64,000 bases of DNA from Eledone cirrhosa (GCA_964016885.1 OZ024753.1:10230001-10294000); one strand, 5' to 3'; numbered from the stretch's first letter, positions 39,605-55,723 are shown. Notes: generated by a model from the letters alone, not told the origin. Program-made: numbers and translations.

Positions 39605-39945
39605 ATAAGGTGGTGAAAACAGATATTAGCTGATCCACCGTTTCAATACATCTGTCACTGAATCTTCAGACAGAGCTAAGGTGGTTCAGGCAGATATTAG
39701 CTGATCCACAGATTCAATACATTTGTCACTGAACTACAGACAGTGCTAAGGTGGTTCAGACAGATATTAGCTGATCCACAGATTCAATACATCTGTCATT
39801 GAACTACAGACAGTGCTAAAGTGGTTCAGGCAGGTATTCGCTGATCCACCGTTTCAATACATCTGTCATTGAACTACAGACAGTGGTAAGGTGGTTCAGG
39901 CAGATATTAGCTGATCCACTGTTTCAATAGATCTGTAGCAGAATC
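39605..39945. repeat. 70-bp minisatellite, 5 units
   Basis: aaggtggttcag.cagatattagctgatcca... at 39608, 39678, 39748, 39818 and 39888. Confidence 0.9.
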
Positions 39946-40864
39946 TGCATTTTGAATCATAATTTTCCTCAATTATTATCATTATTATTGACGCATAGAG
40001 TTACGGCCCTTGCCATTCTGAGTTCAAATCCCGCCGAGGTTAACTTTGTCTTTCATCCTTACGGGGTCAATAAAATAAAGTACCAGTAATACACTGGGCA
40101 ATTGCTGGCCTTGTGCCAAAAGTAGAAACAATTATCATTATTATTATTTAAGGGCGGGGAATTGGCAGTATCTGTGGAGGGTTGGACGCCATGCTTTGCA
40201 GCATAGAGTTATGTCCTTTTACGATCTGAGTTCAAATCCCGCCGAGGTTAACTTTGCCTTTCATCCTTACGGGGTCGATAGAATAAAGTACCAGTAATGT
40301 ACTGGGTAATTGCCGGCCTTGTGCCAAAAGTAGAAACAAATATTATTTGAAACTTGCTCTGATTTCTGCTTCTTTCCCATCATGCCGAGTTTCAACCTGA
40401 CACCTGAGGCAAAATTTGACAATACACACATTTTACTATCAATTCATACAAATGAAGAGTGAATGTCTTAGCAAAGTTTTCAAATACATAATGTCCTTCC
40501 CAAGACATGGGCAGTGTTAGTCAACACTATTGTATCATCTTTATCTAAAGGGCGGTCAATTGGCAGTATCAGTAGAGGGTTGGACGCCATGCTTTCTAGC
40601 ATAGAGTTACGGCCCTTTACAGTCTGAGTTCAAATCCCGCCGAGGTTAACTTTGCCTTTCATCCTTACGGGGTCGATAAAATAAAGTACCAGTATTGTAC
40701 TGAGTAATTGCTGGCCTTGTGCCTAAAGTAGAAACAGTTATCTACCAGAATACAATCGTTTGTTTTTATGAGTTCATTACTAACATAAAGGTTATAACTG
40801 GGATATTGACAATAGAATCAGACAATAGAATATTTATGGAAGCTTTATATTATATATATGTATT

Positions 40865-40903
<39 letters not shown>

Positions 40904-40966
40904 TTGTATGTATGTATATATGTATGTATATATATATGTGTGTATATATGTGTATGTATGTGTATG

Positions 40967-41018
<52 letters not shown>

Positions 41019-41528
41019 CGCATATGTATACGTATATGTGTATATACATACATTCATATGGAAGGCATATATTTATGGCTTCTATGTATGTGTCTGTGTA
41101 TTTGTGTGTATGTATTTGTGTGTGTGTATATATATATGTGTGTGTGTATATATATATGTGTGTGTGTGTCTGTATGTATATATATATATATAAAGTCATA
41201 TATTTATGGAAACCATATATTTATTTATTATAAAACAACAAAATGAAATAGAAGAAAAATATAGCGAACTAATGATTTCTTTTCCAATGAATATTGTATT
41301 ATTTTCGAATAAATATAAATAAATGTATAAACGTAAGTAAATAGATTGGAGGGGAAATCTACAACACCACACCACAACCCACAACACCAACCCACAACAC
41401 CAACCCACAACACACCACAACATACAACACAACACACAACAACACATAACACAACACGCACCAACACAACACAACACAACTAAAATAATAGGAAAATAGT
41501 GAAACAATCTTAATATATTTTACTGTTA

Positions 41529-41565
<37 letters not shown>

Positions 41566-43539
41566 AATATATATATATATATATATGTATATACATGTGT
41601 GTGTGTATATACATGTGTGTGTGTGTGTGTATATATGTGTGTATGTATATACATGTATATACATGTGTGTGTATATATAAATGTATGTGTATATATACAT
41701 GTGTGTGTGTATATATACATGTGTGTGTGTGTATATACATATGTATGTATGTATATGTATTATATATGTGTATATGTATATATACATGTATTATATATGT
41801 ATATCATGTATATGTATGTATGTATATGAATATATATGTATATCATGTATATGTATGTATGTATATGAATATATATATATATATGCACATGTATGTATAT
41901 ACATGTATTTGTGTGTATATATATATACACACACAAATACACACGCATACATATATACATACACACACATATATATATATATATATAATCACACATACAT
42001 ATATATGTATATACATATATATGTATATACATATACACATACACATATATACATATATACATACATGCGTATACATATATACATATATACATATATATAT
42101 TTCTTGAAATATGTCATAATTTATCATTCTTATTTGCTATTGTCTCGAGAGAGAGAGATACGCCATTCGTCAGAGAGATCGAGGTTGGCGGGAAGCCAGG
42201 TAAGGGAGACAATCAAACTCATTGAAGCATATTAGAGTGTACAAATTTATCAAACTATCATTTTTCTTAATAGAAACTTTCACTAGAATACTGACAGGAT
42301 ATAACAAATTATTAACATTTTTATTTATTATTGTTGTTGTTGTTGTTTAAGTTGTTGGTTTTAGGAGCAATGGGGCGGCCCGGGGTGGGGGGAGGGGGTC
42401 ATTTTATTTTATTTTATTTTATTTTATTTTATTTTATTTTATTTAAACAATATGTTCGGAAATTATAGTATTGTTTGTTTTAATTGTTTTGTCGTTGTTG
42501 TTGTTGTTGTTATTGTTGTTGTTATTGTTGTTCAGATTCGTGTGGGAACTCATGTCAAGAATTTCTCTTCAATATTTTCGTTATTGTTGTTGTTGGTTTT
42601 GTTGGTGGTGGTGTTGTTGGTGGTGTTGGTGTTGTTGTTGGTGGTGTTGTTGTTGGTGGTGTTGGTGTTGGTGGTAGTGTTGTTGTTGGTGGTGGTGTTG
42701 TCGTTGGTGTTGGTGGTAGTGTTGTTGGTGGTGGTGTTGTCGTTGTTGTTGGTGGAGGTGTTGGTGGTGTTGGTGGAGGTGTTGGTGGTAGTGTTGTTGT
42801 TGTTGGTGGTGTTGTCGTTGGTGTTGGTGTTGTTGGTGGTGGTGTTGCCGTTGTTGTTGGTAGTGTTGTCGTTGGTGGTGGTGTTGGTGGTGGTGTTGCC
42901 GTTGGTGTTGGTGGTAGTGTTGTTGGTGGTGGTGTTGTTGGTGTTGTTGGTGGTGGTGTTGTTGGTGGTGTTGGTGTTGTTGGTGGTGATGTTGTCATTG
43001 TTGGTGGAGGTGTTGGTGGTAGTGTTGTTGTTGTTGGTGTTGTTTCTATCGTTGGTGTTGTCATTGGTGTTGTTGTTGGTAACGTTATTTATTGAAAAAA
43101 TTGACCTAGAGTTGGAAGTTTGAATGCTAAGTTAATTTTGGCCCCTTAGCATTTATATTACTCTAGGAGAGAGAGAGAGAGGAAATGAGAAAGAGATATA
43201 GAGGAAGAACCGACCCCAATACTAGACTGGTACTTTTTTTTTATTGACCTCGAAAGGATGAAAGGCAAAATTGACTTTGGCGGGATTTGAACTCAGAGAG
43301 CAGCGAGTCGGAAAGAATAACGTAAAGCATTCTATCTGACGTTCTAACGACTCTGCCAATTCGCCGCCATGTTAACGATATAACATTACTCAATTTTACA
43401 GTATATCCTGAGTTAAATGGGAGGTAACCACAGTGAATAAGGCACTCGAGATTCCTTTAAACATAGGGGGTTAAACAACTTCAATATTTATCATTGTTGT
43501 TTTTTAATGTTTTTAATTTTTATCCCGGTCACAAACTAT

Positions 43540-44102
43540 CATCAAACCACAATGGAATGGTTGCTGCGCAATATCGCATCACTCTAGGTTGGGCAGCTTT
43601 CAACAAGAATAAGGAAGAACTAACATCAAAACGAGTTTCCTATCATTTGAAGGCTAAGACCTTTGATACTTACATCCTACCAGTTGTGTTATATGGTCTT
43701 GACTGTGTTAATTGGACGAGAAGGTCACTTCAGAAGCTCTCTATATTCCAGAACCACATCATGAGACTTATGACTGGCAAGTGGCTCAGCGACCGTATCT
43801 GTATCAGTGAGCTGCTCAACATTACCAGACTTAGACCAATTACATCAATTGTCAAGTCAAGAGTACTCAAACTATACGGTCATATAGAAAGATCAACTCG
43901 TGGTGTGAGTAGGTTATGCCTGGAAGGAAGGTTGGCTGGTAAGAGAAGCAGAGGCCGGCAGCCAAAACGATGGCTTGATGATGTCAACTTATGAACTGGA
44001 TTTGATCTTTGCTCTTTAAACTCTGCTGTTGGTGATCGAACTTTGTTGAGAAAAATATCTCGTGTTGATGCCCAGTCTGAAACTGACGGAGTTTAGCGTC
44101 AA
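43540..44102 (+). mobile_element. 5'-truncated RTE-clade LINE (post-RT C-terminal region and 3'UTR) with a (TAG)n tail
   Basis: RITLGWAAFNK...YILPVVLYGLD..W...LKLYGHIER...LEGRLAGKRSRGRQPKRWLDDV, typical of RTE ORF C-termini; (agt)n follows at 44103-44167. Confidence 0.88.
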
Positions 44103-44113
44103 AGTAGTAGTAA

Positions 44114-44166
<53 letters not shown>

Positions 44167-45230
44167 ATGTTTATCATGTCGGACTTCACTGGAATAAATC
44201 ATTAGAATTAGATCACCGAATGTTATATTAATATATCTACCGCATTTAAAAAAAATAAGAGACTGAATTTTCTGTCTGGAAACATGTTGAAGTTGTTTAG
44301 CCCTCGTCATTAAAGGAATTCCAATAGTGCCTTTGTAAAGGTCCTCTACTGATAGTAGCGTCTGTTAACCGTATATTGTCTTGTGTGTTAATTGTAAGAG
44401 GAAAACTTCTCATGTCTTTCCGTTTTAAATAAGGCAATGGACACATTATACAGTATTGTTAATTTGTTAAAATATAAAATATCGCCGATCCATTTTTGTT
44501 TTTTTTCATTAAAGTTTTGCGTTTGTTTCATGGTAAAACAGAATTCTAATTACCCTCTGCCTTCGATTATAATTTGGGATTGGTACTAATTTCTTGCAGT
44601 TACGGTAGTCTGTGAAACTGTACATTTAAAAAAAAATTATCCTAAAAAATCCCCATAACTTAAAATGTTGGTTTAAGGATTAAATAATACACGGGAGAGA
44701 TTAAAAAGGAAATGGAGTAATTACTCAGGGAAAGCTTTCAATTTTAAAATGTGTCACGCTAAAAATCAGGTCAGAGCTCCATTTTGTAACTCAGTTCTTA
44801 TATAACTCTCGGGGAAATCTACTATTTTTTTCTTCTCCATCTAAAGTCCATTAAGGTTCCTGCATATTAAATACCTTATTTTGGATTTTAGTGTGAATTT
44901 AAGCTTTTGAAAGTAGGACTGTTATAATAGCTAACTCCATATATTTAACCTTAAAAAACTAGTGTAAAATACTCGACTTTTATATTAGTGTATAGACACA
45001 CGCACACAGACACAGACACACAAACACACACCCACACAAAAACACACACCCACACGAAAACACACACACAAAAACACACACACAAACACACACATAAATA
45101 CACACATAAATACACACACACAAACACACACATATATAAACACATACATATAAATACACACAAACACACCCACACACTCACACACATACATACCTACACA
45201 CATACATGCACACATACATGCACACATACA

Positions 45231-45287
<57 letters not shown>

Positions 45288-45617
45288 ACGACAACACGAT
45301 GTCTTTTAAATTCGGAACATAAAAGAGATGAATACAAATTAGTTGAAGATTTTTCTCCATCTCTCGGCCGATTATTCCATGATGCTGTGAAATAATGACT
45401 CTTTTGTGAAGACATTATACGAGCAGCAACAACAGCAGCAGCAACAGCGATACAAGATTACAGCAGCAGCAGCAATATTAGCAATGACAAATACTTACAA
45501 CAAAAACAACAACAACAACAACATTAGCAACCACACATGTTTATAGCAACAACAGCATCACCATCAAATATGGCTTCAGCAGTAACAACAACATCAGCAA
45601 CAGCATTAGCAACGACA

Positions 45618-46765
45618 GCATTAGCAACGACATAAGATTTCAGCAGTAACAACAACATTAGCAACATCAGCAACAGCAACACCACCAACGACAGCAATAG
45701 CAACGACATAAGATTTCAGCAGTAACATCATCAACATCAACAGCAACAACACCAACAACAGCATTAGCAACGACATAAGATTTCAGCAGTAACATCAGCA
45801 ACACCACCAACAACAGCAATAGCAACGACATAATATTTCAGCAGTAACAACATCAGCAACATCAGCAACACCACCAACAACAGCAATAGCAACGACATAA
45901 GATTTCAGCAGTAACATCATCAACATCAACAGCAACAACACCAACAACAGCATTAGCAACGACATAAGATTTCAGCAGTAACATCAGCAACACCACCAAC
46001 AACAGCAATAGCAACGACATAATATTTCAGCAGTAACAACATCAGCAACATCAGCAACACCACCAACAACAGCAATAGCAACGACATAAGATTTCAGCAG
46101 TAACATCATCAACATCAACAGCAACAACACCAACAACAGCATTAGCAACGACATAAGATTTCAGCAGCAACATCAGCAACACCACCAACAACAGCAATAG
46201 CAACGACATAATATTTCAGCAGTAACAACATCAGCAACATCAGCAACACCACCAACGACAGCAATAGCAACGACATAAGATTTCAGCAGTAACAACATCA
46301 ACAACATCAGCAACACCACCAACGACAGCAATAGCAACGACATAAGATTTCAGCAGTAACAACATCAACAACATCAGCAACACCACCAACAACAGCAATA
46401 GCAACGACATAAGATTTCAGCAGTAACATCATCAACAACATCAGCAACACCACCAACAACAGCATTAGCAACGACATAAGATTTCAGCAGTAACAACATC
46501 AACAACATCAGCAACAGCAACACCACCAACAACAGCAATAGCAACGACATAAGATTTCAGCAGTAACATCATCAACAACATCAGCAACACCACCAACAAC
46601 AGCAATAGCAACGACATAAGATTTCAGCAGTAACATCATCAACAACATCAGCAACACCACCAACAACAGCAATAGCAACGACATAAGATTTCAGCAGTAA
46701 CATCATCAACAATATCAGCAACAGCAATAGCAACGACATAAGATTTCAGCAGTAACAACAACATC
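45618..46765. repeat. Minisatellite with a constant anchor (gcaacgacataagatttcagcagtaac) and variable (CAA/CAG) linkers
   Basis: About 18 anchors at ~55-75 bp spacing. Confidence 0.88.
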
Positions 46766-47828
46766 AGCAACAATATTTGCAACAACACAAGATTACGGCA
46801 ACAACAGCAGCAACGATACAAGCTTACAGCAGCAGCAACAGCAACAACAGCAGAAACAGCTGCTTCAGAAACAAGAGCAACAACAACAGAAGTTTCAACA
46901 GCAAAAGTAACAAGAACAGAAAGAACGACACCACCACCAACAACAACACTAACACCACATCATCAACACTATCTACAACATCAACAACATCAACAATATC
47001 AATAACAACATCACAACAACAACAACAACACCAACACCACAAGATCAACACTATCTACAACATCAACAACAACACCATAAACATCAACATCAATAACATC
47101 ACAACAACAACACTAACACCACAACATCATCAACACTATCTACAACATCAACAACATCAACAACATCAAAAACATCAACAACATCAATAACAACAACACA
47201 ACAACAACAAAAACAACACTAACACCACAACATCAACACTATCTACAACATCAACATCACCACAAACATCAACATCAATAACAACAACAACACTAACGCC
47301 ACAACATCATCAACACTATCTACAACATCAACAACATCAACAACAACACCATAAAGACCAACAAGATCAATAACAACATCACAACAACAACAACAACACT
47401 AACACCACAACATCATCAGCACTATCTACATCAACAACATCAACAACATCAATAACAACAACATAACAACAACAACAACAACACCGTTAATGACAATGAA
47501 GACCACAAATACAAAAATATAGGCCATTGGAGTAAAGCCAAATTCTCTGTCACTGTACACACACACACACACACACACATTCAGGCGCACACTCACACAC
47601 AGACACACACATGTATATATATTCAAAAAATGGTTTAAACAGATCAGAGCAAACAGCACGGACACTCTATCTCAAAATTATTTTTGAAAAGCATTTAGAA
47701 ATGCGCAACCGGTAAAAACTTAAAAACCACAACTGAATACTAACCCATACAATCACTAATACTCTTTTATTCCTAATTAAACCATTTTTCAACTGTGAAC
47801 AATTTGTCAGCATTTTCTATTCCGTTTA

Positions 47829-47898
<70 letters not shown>

Positions 47899-48861
47899 AG
47901 AAAGTATGACCCCGACGGAAGAGCTCAAGCTGTTTCGAAGGCTATTTCTGGACTTTTTTTAGTCCAGAAATAGCCGTCTGGACTTTTTTTAGTCCGGAAA
48001 CGGCTTGAGCTCTGCCGTCGGGGTCATACTTTCTCCTATTACCCACTCTACTACCCTAAGTATTGAGTACTCTGGTGCGTTATGGTCCATCCGGTTCCTT
48101 ACCACAATTCCTTCGTTATATATATATATTATATGATTTACATAGTCACATGCTGTCATACACAATTACACACACACACAATCACACTCACACACAATCA
48201 CACTCACACACAATCACACTCACACACAATCACACTCACACAATCACACTCACACACAATCACACTCACACACACATACACACACACACACACAATCACA
48301 CTCACACACACACACACACTCACAATCACACACAATCACACTCACACACACACTCACACACAATCACACTCACACACACACTCACACACACAGACACATA
48401 CACACACACAATCACACTCACACACAATCACACTCACACACACACACACACACACAATCACACTCACACACAATCACACTCACACACAATCACACTCACA
48501 CACAATCACACTCATACACACACACACACACACAATCACAATCCCAATCACACACACACATATATAGATATAAGCACACACACACACATATATAAGAAGA
48601 AGCAGGCCGAAGTGAATAACTCCCCATGTCATTATCATAATTGGTTAACGCCTTATATTCAAGATAAGACCTTATTATTGCACTCACTATGGGGTCCCCA
48701 CACAGCTATGCAGGGCTCCCACCACTACCTTTATGGGTAATGTCTAGAAAAACACCATCACACACACACACATACACACATACACACACACACACACATA
48801 TATATATAAAACATTGATGCATATATATTTTATACACGCTAATCTGTCTCTGTAAACGTAC

Positions 48862-48940
<79 letters not shown>

Positions 48941-49255
48941 CGTGTATGTATGTATGTATGTGTGCATGTGTGTATGTATATATGTGTGTGAGTGTGTGTG
49001 TGCATGTATATGTATGTATGTATCTGTGTGTGTATATGTATATATGAATATGTGTGTGTATATATGCATGTATGTGTTTGTGTATATATGTATGTATGTG
49101 TGTGTGTATATATGTATGTATGTATGTGTGTGTATATATATGTATGTATATGTGTGTGTATATATATAGTGTGTATTCACAGTTCAGTGCTTAGACACAA
49201 CGTTTAAGCTGTATTTAATATTGGTATATACACATGTATTTACCTTCAACTCTTA

Positions 49256-49291
<36 letters not shown>

Positions 49292-49381
49292 TGTATGTAT
49301 GTATGTATGTGTATATATACATATATATATATAGAACTGTAGACATGCAGATGCATGAAACTAAATGTACACATATCTATC

Positions 49382-49446
<65 letters not shown>

Positions 49447-49534
49447 AATAAACATATAAGTGTACATGTGTGTATGAATTTCTCTGAATTTATAAATATA
49501 ACATACACACACATATGTGTGTGTGTATGTACGT

Positions 49535-49566
<32 letters not shown>

Positions 49567-49645
49567 GTATCTATGTATGTATATATATGTATGTATATAT
49601 GTGCATGTATGTATGTATATATGTATATGTATGTATGTATATATA

Positions 49646-49681
<36 letters not shown>

Positions 49682-49704
49682 TGTATGTATGTATGTATCT
49701 GTAT

Positions 49705-49748
<44 letters not shown>

Positions 49749-50712
49749 GCAAACGTATGCACAGAGAAGACAAAAATAAATAAATAAATAAATAAATAAA
49801 TAAACAGATTAAATAAAGATGGCGTAGACATACAATACAACAGGAGGAAACAAAATAACACCACTGACGATTTTGCAGATATGCAACGAAAGAAATGTGT
49901 TTATATCTATATTATATCTGTATTTTTGACCGTTGGTCAGTCAATAGTAAATATTGAGGACCGAATAAATTAACTGATATAAAAGATACAGAAGCGAAAA
50001 CCAACCAAACAATGAGTGTGTTCTGTTATTAATTCTGGCAATATTATTACAACAATATGACCCTCCCCAAGTATAACAATATATATATAATATATATTCC
50101 TAACGATCGACTTTCGTCAAATCGGACCGAGGAAACAGTGTTTCCATTGGTCTTTCCAATTGCTAATACTATCTATCGGTCGCAACTCCAGGTAGAAGTA
50201 GCAACGTGAAATAAAGTGTCTTGCTCAAGGATATAACGCATCGCCCGGTCCAGGAATCGAACTCACAACCTCACGATTGCCAATCCAGTTCTCTAACCAC
50301 TCAGCAAAAATTGTCCAACTTTTCAATGTACTTCTGGGAAACTTCAACCTTCCTGCTGACAAATGACCTGAGGGTCGCCTTCTCTGAAGAATATCGTTGC
50401 ATGAATGTAGACAAACTAAATCCCAGTTTGACATTTCTAACAAGACTGTTCATAAAAGGAGGAAAACTTCATTTAACAAAGGGTAAACATATTCTATATT
50501 TCTGCTTTACAAATACTACGGAGTTTAGCCTTAAGATAAGGCGACACTGACATTTGTTTGGACTTCATTATCGTAGAACTGAACAATGGTTCTGTTGAAA
50601 CATGTATTTATTGTAAAGGAAACATTCGACCTATCGCCAGTCTGAAGAACTTTCTAACTTGAAACTTATTCAGAAAGGAACCCACAAACGGAGCTGGTTG
50701 GAAAGTATTAAT

Positions 50713-51161
50713 AATTGTTTCTACTTTTGGCACAAGGCCAGCAATTACCCCAGTGTATTACTGGTACTTTATTTTATCGACCCCCGTAAGGATGAAAGGC
50801 AAAGTTAACCTCAGAGAGAAAGGAACCCGCAAACGGATCTGGTTGGAAAGTATCAATAATTGTTTCTACTTTTGGCACAAGGCCAGCAATTAGCCCAGTA
50901 CATTACTGGTACATTATTTTATTGAGCCTTGTAAGGATGAAAGGCAAAGTTAACCTCAGAGGGATTTGAACTCAGTACGCAAAGGGCCATGACTCTATGC
51001 TGCAAAGCATAGTATCTGATGCTCTACCGATTCTGCCAATAGTCATTGATAATAAATGTTTCTACTTTTGGCAGAAGGCCAGCAATTAACTCAGTGCATT
51101 ACTGGTACTTTATTATATTGACAAAGCATGGTGTCTGACGCTCTACCGATAATGCCAATCC
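50713..51161 (-). mobile_element. Rearranged cluster of Meta-SINE fragments
   Basis: Three partial minus-strand copies. Other copies: minus strand at 15957-16120, 36555-36708, 43215-43368, 53224-53404, 62668-62852 and 63619-63808; plus strand at 56735-56920. Confidence 0.8.
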
Positions 51162-51873
51162 ATGAATCATTAAATCTGCTTTATAGAAACAGGCCAACAT
51201 ACAAACGTAATTCTCAGAGGCAGAACATTTCTTACGGGAGGACAAAGAAAGTTCTCAAATGATTTAAATAAACGATTCGAAAATAGCGAAAACTTCCATG
51301 AAAAGGAAAGAGTAGAAAAAGAAAAGGTTTGAAGAAAATATGAAAATAACCCCTAAAACTTTCTATAAAGTTTGCAAATTAACCAGCGTTATATCCCAAG
51401 ACGAGCCACTGTTCCCCCCTAAAGGGAACTCACTGACCATAGATTCCCAAAGATTAAATGAAATCTAGATGAGTTCCTTGGCACCATAGCTCGACATAGC
51501 GATGTAGCAACCATCAAACCGTCAATTATATCAAGATAACAGAGAAAGATGTAATATATATATATAACATTTAATATAGAAAAATTAATGTAGGAATGGC
51601 TTCTACTTGACTAAAAGTGTTTCATTCGAAGGAAATCACCAGGAAAGGGCTTTCCTGATGATTTCATTCGAATGAAACACTTCTAGTCAAGAAGAAGCCA
51701 TTTCTATATTAAATTTTGTTTATACTTTGCTAATGTATTGAGTACCTTACTTGCAGTGGTTACTCCCGATTGAACTCGGGACTCACGTATATATAAGTGT
51801 ATGTATGTATATATGTATGTATACACGAGACTATGAAAAAATGGTCAATATAGAAGAAGAATGTTTGAAGGTA

Positions 51874-51964
<91 letters not shown>

Positions 51965-52223
51965 GGTAGAACACCGGGAGGTTATAACCGTACTACTCAG
52001 TTCATAGGGCGAGTTCGATATCTCTCTCTCTCTCTATATATATATGCCATTGTTAATTAATAAATAAATCAACTAATACCTTAACACTTCACACAAAGTA
52101 AAACATTTCGTTTTAATCATTTCTAACCCAGAAAAAAGAGGGAAAGAAATAAAAAGGGAAAAAAAAAAAATTTTTCTTCCTAATAATCGTCTTTCTCCCT
52201 GTTTTCATATATATATATATATA

Positions 52224-52340
52224 ATTCCGATGAAATGACAGTTGATAATAACATTGAAATATTGAATGTCTGCATAACTAATACTTTGTAGATAGCAGCT
52301 GTTTTCAGGTTATGTAACTGTTATAGAAACACGTGTCAAT
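52224..52340 (+). ncRNA. Hammerhead motif with a CCGATGA core and long stem II
   Basis: att-CCGATGA-a atgacagtt(...)aactgttat a-GAAA-cacgtg-TC-aat. Confidence 0.55.
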
Positions 52341-52556
52341 AAATTCCTTTTAACTAAACTGTATCCATTAAAATCCTTCTATAAATATATATATATATAT
52401 ATAATTGGAAATCAGTCAAATCGAATCTCTGGCGGTTTGCAAGTGAATTCGGCCTACTTATATGAAGTGATGAGTTAGCAAAGCACTCGATAAGTTAGGT
52501 CCTTAGAGTAATAACATACGTTTAAATAGCTTGACAAATCGAACATTGTGGTAGGC

Positions 52557-52585
<29 letters not shown>

Positions 52586-52587
<2 letters not shown>

Positions 52588-53027
52588 CCTTAACTGCTAA
52601 ACTGCAAAGAAAGATCGAAGTGGGGATGAGATGCTTTAGGAGAATCCTGGGAATCTCCTACACAGAGCATATCCCGAACGAGGAAGTCCGCAAAAGAATC
52701 ACCCAACATGGAAGCGACTTTGAAGATCTGCTGACCACGGTGAAGAGGTGGAAGCTGAGGTGGACATGCTACAAGATCTGACGGACACGCAAAGATGGTT
52801 CTCAAGGGAAGAGTAAGGCGGGGGAAGAGAGAGCGGGGCAGGCAGAAGAAGTGATGGACAGATACCACCACCACCACCACCACCATCACAACATAGCTGA
52901 GTGGACAGGAAAGAACTTTGCCACAACCCAAGTACTCGCCCATGACCGTCAGAGATGGAAGCAATTGGTGCAACGTTCAACAGTTCAGTGCCCCAACGAC
53001 CCCGAAAAGGGTTAGGAAACCTTGATA

Positions 53028-53028
<1 letters not shown>
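52586..53028 (+). mobile_element. Second RTE-clade LINE family, 3' fragment
   Basis: TLTAKLQRKIE..MRCFRRILGISYTEHIPNEEVRKRI...LLTTVKRWKLRW, then frameshifted LKGRVRRGRERGRQKK*W.D; inserted in (TA)n. Confidence 0.82.
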
Positions 53029-53059
<31 letters not shown>

Positions 53060-53590
53060 TTCAATATGGTCTACCCTTGGTGTTAGGGTCCGTACCGTAG
53101 ATAGAACCCAATGTAATCCGATGGGGAGTAATCCAGTGAAATCCATAGAGAGGTTCTGTGTTCCGCTGAGTTAATTCCTTAGATACAGAGTCAGATATTA
53201 GGTATTAATTCAACAATGAAAATAATTGTTTCTACGTTAGGCACAAGGCCAGCAAATACCCAGTGCATTACTGGTACTTTATTTTATCGACCCCGTAAGG
53301 ATGAAAGGCAAAGTCAACCTCGGCGGGATTTGAACTCAGATCGTAAAGGGACGTAACTATGCTGGAAAGCATGGCGTCCGACCCTCTACCGATACTGCCA
53401 ATTCACTCGACTTTGTTGTTATTGTTTTCATTGTTAAATTAATACCTAATTATATACAAACCACAGACCCTCCATCTCAACTCTACTTTTGAAAAGCAGA
53501 AGAACTGCGAAACCGGTAAAAGAAGCAAATAATTATATATATATTTTTTAAAATAAGACTCTAGTTGCATTTTCGATTTCATCTTTTTTT

Positions 53591-53705
<115 letters not shown>

Positions 53706-55328
53706 AGAGTCAGGACCCCGACGGCTGAGCTCCGGTCGTTTCGACAGCTAGATCGACAGCGGATCTAGCTGAGAAACAGCCGGAGCCCAGCCGTCGGGGT
53801 CCTGACTCTTTTCATATTACTCACTCTACTACCCTAAGTATTGAGTACTCTGGTGCGTTATGGTCCATCTAGTATCTTACCACACCCTCTTTGTTATATA
53901 TATATGTATGTTTTTATGTATGTATGTATAGGCGGGAGAAGAATGTGCTTGGGACGAAATAAGAAAACCCAGTTCTAATTTTAGATAATTCAATTGTAAA
54001 GTTGAATATGTGTACCTGTTGAACTCTGTTTTTCTATGACAGGTGCATCGATACCTGTGGTGTTTGAAATAATCTACATGTCATTAAGTTGCTCCCTCTA
54101 ACAATGATAGTCAGTTTTATTGTTGGAAATAATAGTTACAGTGACTCACGAAATTGTCACCCCTTGTCTTGTTGGAGCTTTTAACAACTAATAATATGAC
54201 ATCGACAGAAGGAAGTCTGTTGCCTACAGTAAACCCCCCCCCCCACAATAAAACCCCTGAAAAATAACAAAAAGAAAAGAAAAAAAACTAATGAAAAAAA
54301 ATGAGAACTCAAGAATGTCATGCTGTGTATTTTCCGCGTAGTGGTTCGGATGCTGCTCTTACGATTGGAAAGCGCGTTGTGTCCTTGAGCAAGACATTTC
54401 TTTTCACGTTACTCTAGTTCACTTAACTGGCAAAAAAGGAATTGTGGGGACACTGGTGTCAAGTTGTATCAGTCCTTTGCTTCTTCTACAACTGGCCTAC
54501 AAATGTTTTAATCAGGGACGAATGTTTTATTAGATTGAAGTGTTTTTTATATTTTAACCTGGAGAGAGGTTGGCTTTCAAGGGTGACTTGCCATAGATAT
54601 AAGGCTCCAAGACTGAGTATTAATAGGTGACCAGAGAATCTAATGAGGGTTTAGATTCTCTATACAGGTGGCACCAGATTGAGAAATACAATCAGCTTCT
54701 TACCACAGATATTGGCGTTTAAGAATAGATTAACTGACTCACATGGGAGTTAGGTATGAGTTGCACACACACATATACTCACACATACACCACACACGCC
54801 CTCACACACACACACACCCTCACACACACACACACCCTCACACACACACACACACTCACACACATACACACACACACCACACACACACATTCACTCACAC
54901 ACACACTCATACGCACTCACACACACGCCACACACACACATACACAGAGTAGATTGTGTACATCTTTGTGGTCATGTGTGTGGTCTATACGTTTATACTA
55001 AATGATAAAACTATGTCTGGTCCTTATGTCGGAAGCATAAGAGATAGAAACTAACAACTAAAAGATGAGAATCTAATCTCCCCCTCATTCTAAATGTGTG
55101 TTAAAGGAGTTATAATACTCTTTCATCTCAGGCAAAAGGCCGAAAGGTGACGTTTTAAGGAATATAGCGAACAGATAAAGATATTATGGAATGAAGCGTT
55201 TAAGGTCTGGTCTGGTATGGTCTGGCTTTACATCTGTTGACTTCTAAGGAAAACAGGTTTGTTGTTACGTCATCAGAAGCTTTCATCGTATCAAAAAAAA
55301 AAATGGAGTTTCAGCTTTAACTTATCAC

Positions 55329-55384
<56 letters not shown>

Positions 55385-55680
55385 TGTGGAAGTGTATATA
55401 TAGCCGTGTTTTCACTTTTTGCGGGTGCTCTAGGAACGTAACTCCCCGCGAATACCGGGAGACAACTGTATATATATATATATATATAGGAAAATGTTCA
55501 AGACCCCGACGGCAGAGCTCAAGCCGTTTCGACGGCTATTTCTGGCTATTTCAGTCTAGAAACGACTTTAGCTCTGCCGTCGGGTGTCTTGAACATTTTC
55601 CTATTACCCACTCTACTACCCTAAGTATTGAGTATTCTGGTGCGTTATGGTCCATCTAGTTCCTTACCACACTTCCTTCG

Positions 55681-55723
<43 letters not shown>

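Larger units (their letters stand above)
38275..40741 (+). mobile_element. Five dispersed same-orientation Meta-SINE copies (short variant)
   Basis: Copies at 38275-38440, 38661-38828, 39989-40136, 40152-40345 and 40550-40741. Confidence 0.85.

Noticed and set aside
43494-43994. 166-aa ORF as a host gene
   Set aside because: It is a 5'-truncated RTE LINE C-terminus; the first residues come from unrelated flanking DNA.
49855-49905. Additional hammerhead candidates (49864, 51642, 28615 minus, 58530)
   Set aside because: They have partial cores or non-pairing stems I/III. They are probably decayed or inversion-truncated relics and were not counted as complete motifs.
50221-50550. 109-aa ORF
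   Set aside because: It begins in an antisense SINE, and the remainder shows no motif I can recognise.
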